This document shows, one piece after another, positions 1-9,524 of a stretch of DNA of 23,999 bases (position 1 is the first letter of the stretch; every line of letters begins with the position of its first letter). Made by a program: the position numbers and the translations under genes. The stretch comes from Halobacteriaceae archaeon. Its GTDB lineage: Archaea > Halobacteriota > Halobacteria > Halobacteriales > Halobacteriaceae. Location: the NCBI GenBank assembly GCA_042216675.1, contig JBDGTS010000051.1, positions 1 through 23,999 of the forward strand. The letters run 5' to 3'. The notes beneath the pieces were generated by a model. It was given only the letters and a program-made list of their open reading frames with translations. It was not told the DNA's origin and did not search any database.

Positions 1-945
1 GCGGTCCCGCATCGCGTACATGAAGATGGCGGTGAAGTCGCCGTAGATGTCGAGCGCGAAGGTCCCGAGCGCGAGCATGTGACACGCGATGCGGGAGAGT
101 TCCGCGCCCATCGTCCGGATGACCTGCGCGTACTCGGGCACCTCGATGTCCGCGAGGTCCTCGGCCGCGCGGGCGTACGCCCACTCGTTGATGAGGCCGC
201 CCGGGCCGTAGTCCCAGCGGTCCGGGTACGGCATGATCTGGTAGCGGTACGTGCCCTTCTCGGCCATCTGCTCCTCACAGCGGTGCAGGTAGCCGATGTC
301 GGGGTTCACGTCCGCGACCTGTTCGCCGTCGAGGACCGTCTCGACGTGGAGGACGCCGTGGGTCGCCGGATGGTGGGGACCGATGTTGAGGAACATCGTG
401 TCCGCGTCGTCCGGGTTGTGGTGGTCCTCGATGGGATTCTTGTGTTCTTCGAGGGTGACGACCTGTGGCTTCTCCTGATTGTAGTCCTTCGAGAGCGGGT
501 GGCCCTGCCACGTCTCGGGGAGGAGGATGCGCTTGAGATTCGGGTGCTCCTCGTAGTCGATGCCCACGAGGTCGTAGGCCTCGCGTTCGTGCCAGTCGGC
601 CGTGCGGAAGACGGGTTCGGCCGACTCGCTCACGGGGTCGTCACGCGAGGTGGGCACGACGACGCTGACCTCCTGCGTGGGGTCGTCGTACTTCTTCAGG
701 TGATAGATGCTCTCGAAGCGGTCGTCGTACTCCTGTGCGCTGAGAAGCGACAGGTGGTCGAAGCCCGCCTCGTGTTTGAGGGTGCCGAGCGCGTCCTGCA
801 CGGCGTCGGCGCGGACGACGAACCCCTCGGCGTTGACGTGGCTCTCGCGACCGATCACCGCGTCGCCGAGCAGCTGTTCGAGTCGGTCGTAGTCGACGCC
901 CGTCGTCTCGACGGCCTCGTCGCTGGACTCTTTTTGTGTGCTCAT
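1..945 (-). CDS. nuoCD: NADH dehydrogenase-like complex fused subunit C/D (3' end lies outside the window)
   Basis: Not in the ORF track. Manual translation from ATG at 945 (ATGA overlap with the nuoB stop) gives the NuoC motif [18 protein letters not shown], then NuoD motifs [16 protein letters not shown] and [12 protein letters not shown]. Frame is open to position 1. Confidence 0.95.
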   Translation of the reverse strand, partial: MSTQKESSDEAVETTGVDYDRLEQLLGDAVIGRESHVNAEGFVVRADAVQDALGTLKHEAGFDHLSLLSAQEYDDRFESIYHLKKYDDPTQEVSVVVPTSRDDPVSESAEPVFRTADWHEREAYDLVGIDYEEHPNLKRILLPETWQGHPLSKDYNQEKPQVVTLEEHKNPIEDHHNPDDADTMFLNIGPHHPATHGVLHVETVLDGEQVADVNPDIGYLHRCEEQMAEKGTYRYQIMPYPDRWDYGPGGLINEWAYARAAEDLADIEVPEYAQVIRTMGAELSRIACHMLALGTFALDIYGDFTAIFMYAMRDR

Positions 946-1646
946 GGCGAATCAGCGAAGTTGTAGCGCATGACGAGGGTCTCCTCGTCGATGTCGTCGG
1001 CGAGTTTGTCGACGAGTTCGTCCCGGTCGAGGTCGCCGAACTGTTCGAGTTCGTACGGCTTCACCGTCACGGGGCTGGACTCGCCGTTGGCGATGCGTTC
1101 CTGCAGTTTCGCGACGCCGTAGACGAGGGCCTCGGGGCGGGGCGGACAGCCCGGAATGTGGATGTCGACCGGAATGACCTCCTCCGCGCCCTTCACGACG
1201 TTGTAACCCTCCTGGAACGGGCCGCCCGAGGCCGAGCAGTTCCCCATGTTGACGACGAACTTCGGCTCCGGCATCTGGTCGTACACGCGCTTCATCCGGG
1301 GGGCGAACTTCGAGACGATGGTTCCCGGCACGATCATCACGTCGGCCTGCCGGGGCGACGCGCGGGGGACCCCCGCGCCGAACCGGTCGAGGTCGTGTTT
1401 GACCGAGTAGGTGTGCATCATTTCGATGCTGCAGCAGGCGATGCCGAACTGCAGCATGAACATCGACGACCCCCGGACCCAGTTCATGAACTTGTCGAAC
1501 TTCGTGAGGATGAACGGGGTGGAGCCGAAGGCCTCCCGGAGACGGGAGTTGAACCGGTCGTCGAGGCCGCCGCCTGCCCGGGCCTCGCGTGTCTTCGTGC
1601 TCGGTTCGTCCGCGCCCGTGATTGCGTCTCGTGGACTGTCACTCAT
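942..1646 (-). CDS. nuoB: NADH dehydrogenase-like complex subunit B (N2 Fe-S cluster)
   Basis: [22 protein letters not shown] and [11 protein letters not shown] motifs. SD-like AGGTGA upstream. Confidence 0.97.
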   Translation of the reverse strand: MSDSPRDAITGADEPSTKTREARAGGGLDDRFNSRLREAFGSTPFILTKFDKFMNWVRGSSMFMLQFGIACCSIEMMHTYSVKHDLDRFGAGVPRASPRQADVMIVPGTIVSKFAPRMKRVYDQMPEPKFVVNMGNCSASGGPFQEGYNVVKGAEEVIPVDIHIPGCPPRPEALVYGVAKLQERIANGESSPVTVKPYELEQFGDLDRDELVDKLADDIDEETLVMRYNFADSP

Positions 1647-2049
1647 AGGATCTCACCTGTCCGCGACCGGTTTCGGGGTTCCGCACCCACCGCACGGCGC
1701 CCTTGCGCCACGCCCACCCGAGACCGACGACGAGAACGCCGATGAACAGGAGCATCGGCCACAGAACCGCCGTGGCGCCCGCGGCGGACACTGCGTCGCG
1801 ATAGATAACCGTCCACGGGAAGATGAGGACGGTCTCGACGTCGAAGACGACGAACAGCAGCGCGATCATGTAGTACTGGATGTTGAACCGGACGCGCGTC
1901 GTCCCGGTCGGTACCTCCCCGCTCTCGTAAACGGCGGTCTTCCCCTGCTCCGGGACGCGCGGCCGGAGCAGCCACGAGACCGCCGCCATGCTCAGCGGGA
2001 TGAGCATGGCGACGACCCCCAGCGCGCCGATAGCTAGCCACTGATTCAT
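1639..2049 (-). CDS. nuoA: NADH dehydrogenase-like complex subunit A
   Basis: YESGEVPTG and YYMIALLFVVFDVET motifs, three TM segments, first gene of the nuo operon. Confidence 0.96.
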   Translation of the reverse strand: MNQWLAIGALGVVAMLIPLSMAAVSWLLRPRVPEQGKTAVYESGEVPTGTTRVRFNIQYYMIALLFVVFDVETVLIFPWTVIYRDAVSAAGATAVLWPMLLFIGVLVVGLGWAWRKGAVRWVRNPETGRGQVRSYE

Positions 2050-2077
2050 GTCCTGCGTGGCGGTTTGGAGCCGACAA

Positions 2078-2098
2078 CCATAAACGTTGATTTACGCG
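2078..2098 (-). promoter_or_regulatory. Putative BRE/TATA promoter of the nuo operon
   Basis: Minus strand reads CGTAAATCAACGTTTATGG, with TTTATG about 30 nt before the nuoA ATG (leaderless-type spacing). Confidence 0.5.
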
Positions 2099-2139
2099 GT
2101 TCGACAGGCTACACGGCGTTTCTGGGCCGCTCGCGGCCG

Positions 2140-2757
2140 CTATCGGCGGTCTCGGAATCCCGCCGTTCCGAGTTCGTGGAGGTCCCGCGAGACGGCCGCC
2201 ACCTCGTCGCCCTGGTCGGCGTGGAGGTCGACCAGCGCCTCCCGAACCGACTCGTGTTCGCGCGCCAGAATCTGCGCCGCCGAGAGCGCGGCGTTGTAGG
2301 ACTTCCCCGCGTCCACGGCCGTGATGGGCGCACCGGTCGGCATGCCGATGACAGAGTCCACCGACTTCTCCTGCACCGGCACGCCGACGACGGGCACCGG
2401 GTACGCGACGGACGCCGTCATGTTCGGCAGGTCGGCGGACTTGCCGCCCGCGCCCGCGACGATGACGTCCAACCCTCGCGCTTCGGCCGTCTCACCGTAG
2501 ACGTACATCAACTCCGGCGTCCGGTGGGCCGAGACGACGTAGGACTCGAAGGTGAAGCGGGCTTCCGGGGGGTCGTCGTAGTCAGTCACCTCCGCGAAGC
2601 CGAGGTCCGTCAGCGCCTCGTGAGCGCCCGCCATCACGTCGAGGTCCGAGTCCGAACCCATGATGATGCCCACGTCCGGCGTCTCCGCGTCGGACCGGTC
2701 GCGGGCGGCCTCTGCCTCTAGGTCGTCGATGAGGTCGTCCAGTTCTGACATGGTCAC
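2140..2757 (-). CDS. purE: N5-CAIR mutase / AIR carboxylase catalytic subunit
   Basis: VGIIMGSDSDL, VVSAHRTPE, IVAGAGGKSADLPNM and PVVGVPV motifs. Start is GTG 2757 (overlapping the purK stop) or ATG 2751. Confidence 0.95.
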   Translation of the reverse strand: MTMSELDDLIDDLEAEAARDRSDAETPDVGIIMGSDSDLDVMAGAHEALTDLGFAEVTDYDDPPEARFTFESYVVSAHRTPELMYVYGETAEARGLDVIVAGAGGKSADLPNMTASVAYPVPVVGVPVQEKSVDSVIGMPTGAPITAVDAGKSYNAALSAAQILAREHESVREALVDLHADQGDEVAAVSRDLHELGTAGFRDRR

Positions 2758-3911
2758 TCGAAGGTCAGGTCGTCGCGCGCGTCGCGGGCCGCCACAAGCG
2801 GGTCGTCGACGCCGTCGGCGGCCGTCGCGGTGAGGTGCCCCATCTTCCGCAGGGGGCGCGCCTCCCGCTTGCCGTACCAGTGCAGGTGGACGCCCGGCCG
2901 CGCGAGGGCGTCGTGGACGCCGGTCAGTTCGACGGGGCTGGCCTCCTCGACGCCGCCGAGGATGTTCACCATCGCGGCGTCGCCTCGGAGCGTCGTCCGG
3001 CCGAGGGGCATCCCCAGCGTTGCGCGGACGTGTTGCTCGAACTGCCCGGCCGTCGCGGCCTCGATGGTGTAGTGCCCGGAGTTGTGTGGCCGGGGCGCGA
3101 TTTCGTTCACTAGCACCTCGCCGTCGCTCGTCTCGAACATCTCGATGCCGAAGACGCCCCGGCCGTCGAGCGAGGCCAACACGTCCCGGGCCACCGACGC
3201 CGCGCGCTCCCGGACGCGCTCGTCGGTTCGGGCGGGCGCGACCGTCTCCCGCAATATTTCGGCCTCGTGGACGTTCTCGACGACGGGGTAGGTGTCGGTG
3301 CCCGCGGCGCCGCGGACGCCCATCACCGACAGCTCGCGCTCGAAGTCGACCAGTTCCTCGGCTACCAACCCCGAGAGGTCGCCGAACGCCGATTCGGCGT
3401 CGGCCACCGACGCGACGACTTCGTTGCCGCGGCCGTCGTAGCCGCCGCGACGGGCCTTGAGCATCAGCGGCGCGCCGAGGTCGTCGAACGCCTCGCGGAG
3501 GTCCGTCTCGGTGTCGACGCCTCGGAACGGTGGCACCGGCACGCCGGCGTCGGCCAGCGTCGAGGCCTCTACCAGTTTGTCCCGCGTCGTTCGGACCGAC
3601 TCGGGGTCGGGGTGAACCGGCACGCCCGTCTCCGCGCGCACCTCCGCGAGCAGGTCCGGGTCGGCGAGTTCGATTTCGACCGTCACCACGTCCGAGCGGT
3701 CGGCGAGTTCCCGGACTCCCTCCCGGTCGTCGAAGTCGGCGACGATTTGGTCCCGCGCCACCGCGGCGGCGGGGCAGTCCGGCGTCGGGTCGAGAACGAG
3801 CACCTCGACGCCAAGCGGTCCCGCGGCCTCGGCGAGCATCCGGCCCAGTTGGCCGCCGCCCACGACCCCGAGCGTCACCGGGTCGGCGGTCAGCGTGTCC
3901 GTGTCCGTCAC
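2754..3911 (-). CDS. purK: N5-CAIR synthase (ATP-grasp)
   Basis: GVVGGGQLGRML, GGYDGRGN, NEIAPRPHNSGHYT and YGKREARPLRKMGH motifs. Confidence 0.96.
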   Translation of the reverse strand: MTDTDTLTADPVTLGVVGGGQLGRMLAEAAGPLGVEVLVLDPTPDCPAAAVARDQIVADFDDREGVRELADRSDVVTVEIELADPDLLAEVRAETGVPVHPDPESVRTTRDKLVEASTLADAGVPVPPFRGVDTETDLREAFDDLGAPLMLKARRGGYDGRGNEVVASVADAESAFGDLSGLVAEELVDFERELSVMGVRGAAGTDTYPVVENVHEAEILRETVAPARTDERVRERAASVARDVLASLDGRGVFGIEMFETSDGEVLVNEIAPRPHNSGHYTIEAATAGQFEQHVRATLGMPLGRTTLRGDAAMVNILGGVEEASPVELTGVHDALARPGVHLHWYGKREARPLRKMGHLTATAADGVDDPLVAARDARDDLTFE

Positions 3912-3942
3912 GGCCCCGAGTTCGCTCCGCCGGGTGTAAGCG

Positions 3943-5568
3943 TTACCGGTTCACGGCGACGAAGACCACCAGCGGAAGGCTCCCGTCCCCCCGCGCCGCG
4001 TACGGTCCGCGCCGCTCGTATCCTTCTCCCTCCAGCGCCCGGGCCACGCGCGCGGCGTCAGTGGGTTCGTCCCCCTCGCTCACGTTCGCGGCGATGACGA
4101 CCGGCGGCAGGTCGTCCGGTAGGTCGAATTTCGTCCGGTACGTCTCGGACTGGGCGTCCGCGAGGCGCAGATACCAGTTCAGCGGCCGGTTCCCGCCGTC
4201 CGTCCGAATCGCGGAGCCGAACAGCGCCACGTCGACGCCCTCGTTCGACGGTGCCACGTCCGCGACTGGCTGAAGCGCGGCCTGCAGGTCGTCCGCCGGC
4301 TGGTCGGGCCCCGCGAGGGCGCCGCTGTTCGGCGGCCCGAACGTCGCCGTGTACGCGCCCGCGGCGACGTGCCCGCCCACCAACAGGAGCGCGATGCCCG
4401 CGACGGCCGCGAGTTCGCGTCGGTCGGTCGCCAGTGCGCGCCGGCCCTTGTCGTAGACGGCGGCGAGGGTGACGGCCGCCGGAATCGCGAGGGGAACGGC
4501 CGTGTGGACGGCGTTCCACGCCCCCGGGTCGGGCGCGAGCGCCGGGTAGAGGAGCAGCCCCGCGGCGCCCCAGTACGTCGCGAACGCCACCACGTCTCGC
4601 TGGCCGCCGCCGGTGTAGCGGTCGAGGACGAAGCCAACGGCGCCCAGTCCGACCGGCACCGCGGCGCCGGCGACGATATCCTTCACGTAGGCGGTGAAGT
4701 AGTCCGTGAACGGGTGGTAGGTCGTCGGCCGGTTTCGGACGTACTCCGCGTAGAGGCGGTCCCACGCGGTCCACGTCCCTCGCTCGACGACTTCGGGAAT
4801 CAGGCCCGGCGACGTGACGGCGTTGTAAATCTCCGGCCGCGGCGCGAACAGCAGCACGCAGGACGCCAGAAAGAGGACGACAGCGAGGAAGAGCGGTGCG
4901 CTCCATCGGTCCACTTCCTCGCGGGCCGTCGCCAACAGGTCGCCGGCCGTCGCCTCGGCGTCCCCCTCGCCCGCGGCCGCGGTGAACAGGCGATAGTCGA
5001 CCAAGAGCGCCGCCGCGCCGAGCCAACAGCCGACGTAGACGAGGACGTACCACTTCGTCGCGGCCGCGAGGGCGAGCGAGACGGCCCCGGCGTAGAGATA
5101 ACGCCGCCGGCCCGTGTCGGCGAGGCGGACCGCGAATCCGACCGTCGCCACCCCGAACGTGGCGAGGGCAACGTCGTTCGCCATGAACCGCGAGTAGTAG
5201 ACGGCCACGGGTGTCACGGCGAACAGCGCCGCGAGGGCGACGACGGCGGCGTCGGACAGTCGCTTGCGGAACAGCCACGCCGTCAGCGGGAGACACGCGC
5301 CCACGAGCGCAACGCCGAGTCGCATCGTCGCCTCGGAGGCGCCGAGGAGCGTGAACAGCGCGCTGTTCAGGTGATACAGCAGGGGACCGTGGAACACCGG
5401 CGTGTAGACGTACCGGCCGGCCTCCATCACGTTGAGGACGCTGACCCCGAGTCGGGCCTCCTCGGGGTGGACCGTTCGCGCCCCGAGCGCCCACAGTCGC
5501 AGGAACAGGCCCAGCGCCGTCGCGGCGAGGACGCCGACGATGGCGGGCCGCGTCCGAATCCGTCGCAT
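3943..5568 (-). CDS. TIGR03663/Agl23-like polytopic membrane protein (PMT/GT-C-like fold)
   Basis: About 11-13 TM segments with YTPVFHGPLLY, LGASEATMR and YYSRFMAND motifs and a soluble C-terminal domain (PLNWYL). Start trimmed to ATG 5568 because the longer ORF overlaps ribH. Confidence 0.8.
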   Translation of the reverse strand: MRRIRTRPAIVGVLAATALGLFLRLWALGARTVHPEEARLGVSVLNVMEAGRYVYTPVFHGPLLYHLNSALFTLLGASEATMRLGVALVGACLPLTAWLFRKRLSDAAVVALAALFAVTPVAVYYSRFMANDVALATFGVATVGFAVRLADTGRRRYLYAGAVSLALAAATKWYVLVYVGCWLGAAALLVDYRLFTAAAGEGDAEATAGDLLATAREEVDRWSAPLFLAVVLFLASCVLLFAPRPEIYNAVTSPGLIPEVVERGTWTAWDRLYAEYVRNRPTTYHPFTDYFTAYVKDIVAGAAVPVGLGAVGFVLDRYTGGGQRDVVAFATYWGAAGLLLYPALAPDPGAWNAVHTAVPLAIPAAVTLAAVYDKGRRALATDRRELAAVAGIALLLVGGHVAAGAYTATFGPPNSGALAGPDQPADDLQAALQPVADVAPSNEGVDVALFGSAIRTDGGNRPLNWYLRLADAQSETYRTKFDLPDDLPPVVIAANVSEGDEPTDAARVARALEGEGYERRGPYAARGDGSLPLVVFVAVNR

Positions 5569-5649
5569 GCCGGCGACTGTGTGCCCCGACTTTAGAAGGC
5601 TTCCGGAGGGAACGGTACACCTTTTAGCGACCCGGTGAACCGTGCATGT

Positions 5650-6060
5650 ATGGTGGCGCTCGGACTGGTTGTCGCCCAGTACGACAAACACGGGGGACTC
5701 ATCGACGAGATGACGTCATCGGCCCGCGACGCCGCGGCCGACCACGGCGCCGACGTGGTGGAGACGCTGACGGTCCCCGGCGCCTACGACACACCGCTCG
5801 CCGCGGACCGACTCGCGCGGCGCGACGACGTGGACGCGGTGGCCGTCCTCGGCGTCATCATCGAGGGTGACACCGACCACGACGAGGTCATCGCCGACGC
5901 CGCCGCGCAGGCGCTGACCGACGTGGCACTCGACCGGGACACCCCCGTGACGCTGGGCATCACCGGCCCGGGAATGAGCGAAGACGAGGCCGAGGCGCGC
6001 ACCGAGAAGGGTGGCTCGGCCGTCACGAGCGCCATCGAACTCGCCGAGGAACTACAATGA
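5650..6060 (+). CDS. ribH: 6,7-dimethyl-8-ribityllumazine synthase
   Basis: VPGAYDTPLAA, LGVIIEGDTDHDEVI and PVTLGITGPGMS motifs. ATG 5650 with CTTTTAG TATA-like element near 5620. Confidence 0.95.
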   Translation: MVALGLVVAQYDKHGGLIDEMTSSARDAAADHGADVVETLTVPGAYDTPLAADRLARRDDVDAVAVLGVIIEGDTDHDEVIADAAAQALTDVALDRDTPVTLGITGPGMSEDEAEARTEKGGSAVTSAIELAEELQ

Positions 6061-7247
6061 CACTCGAATTTGCCGCTCGCGTCAACCGTGTGGAACCGAG
6101 CGCGACGCTCGCCATCAGCAACCTCGCCGCCGAACTCGAGGCCGAGGGGAAAGACGTCGTGGACCTCTCCGTCGGGGAACCTGACTTCCCGACGCCCGAG
6201 AACGTCGTGCAGGCCGCCGAGGACGCGATGGAGGCCGGCCACACCGGCTACACCTCCTCGAACGGCATCCCGAAACTCCGCGCGGCAGTCGCGGAGAAAC
6301 TCCGGGGCGACGGTCTCGACGTGGCCGCCGAGAACGTCATCGTCACGCCGGGCGGCAAACAGGCCCTCTACGAAGTCGTTCAGTCGCTCGTCGACGACGG
6401 CGACGAGGTGGCCCTGCTCGACCCCGCGTGGGTCTCCTACGAAGCGATGGTGAAACTCGCCGGCGGCACGCTCACCCGCGTCGACACCGCCGAACACGAC
6501 TTCCAGCTCGAACCCGCACTCGACGACCTCGCCGCGGCCGTCTCCGACGACACGGAACTGCTCGTCGTCAACACGCCCGGCAACCCCCACGGCGCTGTCT
6601 ACTCCGACGCCGCTCTCGAAGGCGTTCGGGACCTCGCGGTCGAACACGACATTACGGTCATCTCCGACGAGATTTACAAGGAGATCACCTACGGCCACAC
6701 GCCGACGAGTCTCGGCACTCTCGACGGCATGGGCGACCGCACCATCACGGTCAACGGCTTCTCCAAGGCCTACTCGATGACCGGCTGGCGACTGGGCTAC
6801 TTCGCCGGCCCCGAGTCGCTGGTCGAACAGGCCGGGAAACTCCACTCTCACTCCGTCTCGTGTGCCGTCAACTTCGTCCAACACGCCGGCGTCGAGGCCC
6901 TCGAAAACACCGACGAGGCCGTCGACGAGATGGTCGAAGCGTTCCGCGAGCGACGCGACATGCTCGTGGACCTGTTCGCCGAACACGGCGTCGACGTGGC
7001 CGTGCCCGACGGCGCGTTCTACATGATGGTCCCCACCGCCGAGGACTGCCCCGCGATGGCCGACGCGGACCTCGACGGCGACCCCGTGGACCAGGTGTGG
7101 TGTGAGGGCGCCATCGAGGACGCACAGGTCGCGACGGTTCCGGGGAGCGCCTTCGGCACGCCCGGCTACGCCCGCATCTCCTACGCCGCGAGCCGTGAGC
7201 GACTCCGCGAGGGCGTGGAGCGACTCGCCGACCACGGCTACCTGTGA
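6057..7247 (+). CDS. aspC: PLP-dependent class I/II (aspartate-type) aminotransferase
   Basis: LSVGEPDF, NTPGNPHG, SDEIY and the PLP-lysine motif NGFSKAYSMTGWRLGY. ATGA-coupled to ribH. Substrate specificity is inferred. Confidence 0.88.
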   Translation: MTLEFAARVNRVEPSATLAISNLAAELEAEGKDVVDLSVGEPDFPTPENVVQAAEDAMEAGHTGYTSSNGIPKLRAAVAEKLRGDGLDVAAENVIVTPGGKQALYEVVQSLVDDGDEVALLDPAWVSYEAMVKLAGGTLTRVDTAEHDFQLEPALDDLAAAVSDDTELLVVNTPGNPHGAVYSDAALEGVRDLAVEHDITVISDEIYKEITYGHTPTSLGTLDGMGDRTITVNGFSKAYSMTGWRLGYFAGPESLVEQAGKLHSHSVSCAVNFVQHAGVEALENTDEAVDEMVEAFRERRDMLVDLFAEHGVDVAVPDGAFYMMVPTAEDCPAMADADLDGDPVDQVWCEGAIEDAQVATVPGSAFGTPGYARISYAASRERLREGVERLADHGYL

Positions 7248-7297
7248 GGGTTTCCGGCGCCGGTAAGTAGAAACGCCCCCCGCCCGATTGGCGGACG

Positions 7298-8284
7298 ATG
7301 GACGCGTCCCGACTGCTCGCCGGCCTGTTTCTCGCCGTCGTCGGCGCCGCACTCGCGGTCCCACCCGCACAGTATCTCGTCAGCGGCGCCGACGGCGTGT
7401 GGGGATTCATCCTTGCGGCCCTCGGCGTCGTCGTCTCGCTCTCGCTCGTGGTCGGCGCCGTCCTCCTCCTGCGCGCGGACCTCGCCACGCAGGCCGCCCT
7501 CCGCGTCGCGGGGTGGACCACCGCGGGTCTCGTGTTGACGCTCGTCGTCCTCGGCATCGCGAGTCGCGTCGCCGCCATCTCCGTGCCGCCTTTCTTCGCC
7601 GCCGTCATCCTCGCCGTCACCGCGTTCGCGCACGTCATCATCGGCGTCAACGACGTGCGTCGCATCCGTGCCGAGGAACTCGCCGCCGAGCGCCGGAAGT
7701 CGGCGGTGTTCACGCGCGTCCTCCGCCACAACCTCCGGACCGAGGCACAACTCCTCGCCGGAGTCGCCGACCGGGTGACGGACGGCGATCCGGTTCGCCA
7801 ACGCGCCGAGTCGCTGGCGGCACTCAGCGACGCCGCGACGGAGATCGACCGGGCGCTCAACCGCGAGGAGGAAGCCGTCGATCGGGTCAACCTCGCCGAG
7901 CTCACGGCGTCCGCAGTCGCGGACGTACGCGAGTCGCATCCCGACGCTGCCATCGACACCTCGCTCGCGGACTGCTCCGTCGAGGCCGGACGGCAGTTCC
8001 GCGTCGCGGTCCGGGAACTCCTGCAAAACGCCGTCGAGCACGGGGACCCACCCGTCTCGGTAACCGTCACGTGTGCCGACGAAGCGCGCGTGACGGTCGC
8101 CGACGCTGGCGACGGGATTCCGGAGACGGAGCGGGATTTGCTCGCCGGCGACCGACCGGAGACGCAACTCGAGCACTCCAGTGGCCTCGGTCTCTGGACG
8201 GCGAAGTGGATCCCACAGTCCTACGGGGGCGACATCCGATTCCGCGACGACGGCCGCACCGTCGTCCTCTGGCTCCCCCGCTAA
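7298..8284 (+). CDS. Membrane sensor histidine kinase
   Basis: Four N-terminal TM segments, H-box RVLRHNLR, N-box [10 protein letters not shown]1 DAGDGIP, G2 HSSGLGLW. Confidence 0.9.
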   Translation: MDASRLLAGLFLAVVGAALAVPPAQYLVSGADGVWGFILAALGVVVSLSLVVGAVLLLRADLATQAALRVAGWTTAGLVLTLVVLGIASRVAAISVPPFFAAVILAVTAFAHVIIGVNDVRRIRAEELAAERRKSAVFTRVLRHNLRTEAQLLAGVADRVTDGDPVRQRAESLAALSDAATEIDRALNREEEAVDRVNLAELTASAVADVRESHPDAAIDTSLADCSVEAGRQFRVAVRELLQNAVEHGDPPVSVTVTCADEARVTVADAGDGIPETERDLLAGDRPETQLEHSSGLGLWTAKWIPQSYGGDIRFRDDGRTVVLWLPR

Positions 8285-8709
8285 GCGCGCTCGTCGAGAA
8301 TCCGGTCGATGATGGCGCCCGTCGAGAGCAGTTCCGCGTCGTAGGCCGGCTCTCGCGCCGAACACCGCCGCACTTCACAGTCGATGCCCCGGTCGTCGAG
8401 AGCGCTCTCGATTCGGTCGCCGTCGTGGTGTTGGTCGTGGCCCAGTGCGATGACGTCGGGGTCGATGTCCTCGATGGGCACGAAGATGTCGTCGGGGTTG
8501 CCCAGACGCGCCTCGTCGACGGGGTCGAGGGCGCCCACCACGTCGCGGCGCTGGCGGCCGTCGAGAATCGGGTCGGGCTTGTGGGTCACGTTGTGCGCAC
8601 GCGCGACGATGACGTGGAGACTGTCGCCCATCGCCTTTGCCTCCTCGAGGTAGTGGACGTGTCCGGGGTGGAGCAGGTCGAAGGTGCCCTGCGCGCAGAC
8701 CCGCGTCAT
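8281..8709 (-). CDS. ribL: Archaeal FAD synthase (cytidylyltransferase family)
   Basis: [15 protein letters not shown] (HxGH), ALGHDQ and LSTGAII motifs. Confidence 0.88.
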   Translation of the reverse strand: MTRVCAQGTFDLLHPGHVHYLEEAKAMGDSLHVIVARAHNVTHKPDPILDGRQRRDVVGALDPVDEARLGNPDDIFVPIEDIDPDVIALGHDQHHDGDRIESALDDRGIDCEVRRCSAREPAYDAELLSTGAIIDRILDERA

Positions 8710-9194
8710 CGCAGTTCCTCGTCGATGTCGTCTTGCGTGAAGTCGAAGAACGCTTCGGGGTCGTCGAGGTCCACGTCGAGAACCGGCAGGTCGCGGGGGT
8801 CTCCCTCCCTGTCGAACGCTCGCCAGTCGTCCGGTCCGTAGGGCGCGCCGAGGATGACGTGGGCCGCACCTCGGCCGAACGTCTGCAGGTCCTCGTCGCT
8901 CGGCCGCAGGACCCCGTTGGGATGTGAGTGAATGGACCCCATCGTCTTCTCGTCGTTGGGGACCAGATCGCTTCGAACCGTGGCGCTCGTCGGACTCGAC
9001 TCCGTCGCCGGGATGACGAGGACGTCAGTCACCACGTAGTCCCCACGCCCTCCGTCGACGTCGAACTGGGTGGCACGCTCCCCCCGCAACAGGCCCATGT
9101 ACTCGTTGGGGTGGGTGTCGGCGGCGGCCTCGCGGGCGAAGTCGAGGGCGTCACGGGCGATGCCGACCACCTCGCGCGTGCCGAACAGCGGCAT
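8706..9194 (-). CDS. JAMM/MPN+ metalloprotease (Mov34 family, JAMM2-like)
   Basis: HPNEYMGLL plus intact JAMM motif [14 protein letters not shown] (H-S-H-x7-S-x2-D). ATG 9194; stop overlaps the ribL start. Confidence 0.9.
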   Translation of the reverse strand: MPLFGTREVVGIARDALDFAREAAADTHPNEYMGLLRGERATQFDVDGGRGDYVVTDVLVIPATESSPTSATVRSDLVPNDEKTMGSIHSHPNGVLRPSDEDLQTFGRGAAHVILGAPYGPDDWRAFDREGDPRDLPVLDVDLDDPEAFFDFTQDDIDEELR

Positions 9195-9290
9195 GCATCC
9201 GGGTAGGGCCGCCACCGTGCAAAGACCTTTCGAGGGGCGGCCCGCCGGCCGTGCGTAACGTCTATCACCGGCCCGCCGCAGAACGGTGGT

Positions 9291-9488
9291 ATGAATCGGA
9301 AGTTCTGGGCCGGCATCATGGCCGTCTTGGTGACTCTGACCCTGTTCCTCTTCGCGTCGTTGCTCTTCAGTCCCGGTCCGGCGACGCGCGTCGTCATCGT
9401 GTTGAGCCTGATTCACATCGCCGTCGGGATGCTCATCATCGGCGCGATGCTGTACTTCGACTGGGACCCCTTCGAACCGCTCCGCTAA
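9291..9488 (+). CDS. Small two-TM membrane protein (65 aa), unknown function
   Basis: Fills an intergenic gap, ATG start, two clean hydrophobic helices, mostly GC-ending codons. Confidence 0.7.
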   Translation: MNRKFWAGIMAVLVTLTLFLFASLLFSPGPATRVVIVLSLIHIAVGMLIIGAMLYFDWDPFEPLR

Positions 9489-9524
9489 CCGGCGTCGAAG
9501 CGCGGAAAACGAGACCCTCGGTCG

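Noticed and set aside
79-966. 295-aa plus-strand ORF and similar long antisense ORFs (936-1745, 5784-7370, 9909-10805, 13228-14226, 14916-17027, 16501-18216)
   Set aside because: Shadow ORFs opposite clear genes, expected from high GC3 bias. They are V/R-rich or R/P-rich with no recognisable motifs.
2140-2757. PurE acidic N-terminal extension and internal YDDPPEARFTFE insert
   Set aside because: As recalled, these are normal features of haloarchaeal PurE.
5569-5691. N-terminal extension of the Agl23-like ORF (similarly 9195-9416, 14236-14301, 14913-15023, 20521-20853, 22141-22458, 23746-23766)
   Set aside because: The extensions overlap neighbouring genes or promoters and do not look like protein. 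Downstream ATGs fit the family starts and TATA spacing.
8706-9194. JAMM protease as part of a CBASS or ubiquitin-like defence system
   Set aside because: No E1/E2, cyclase or effector gene nearby. It is coupled to housekeeping ribL, consistent with the ordinary haloarchaeal JAMM2-type locus.
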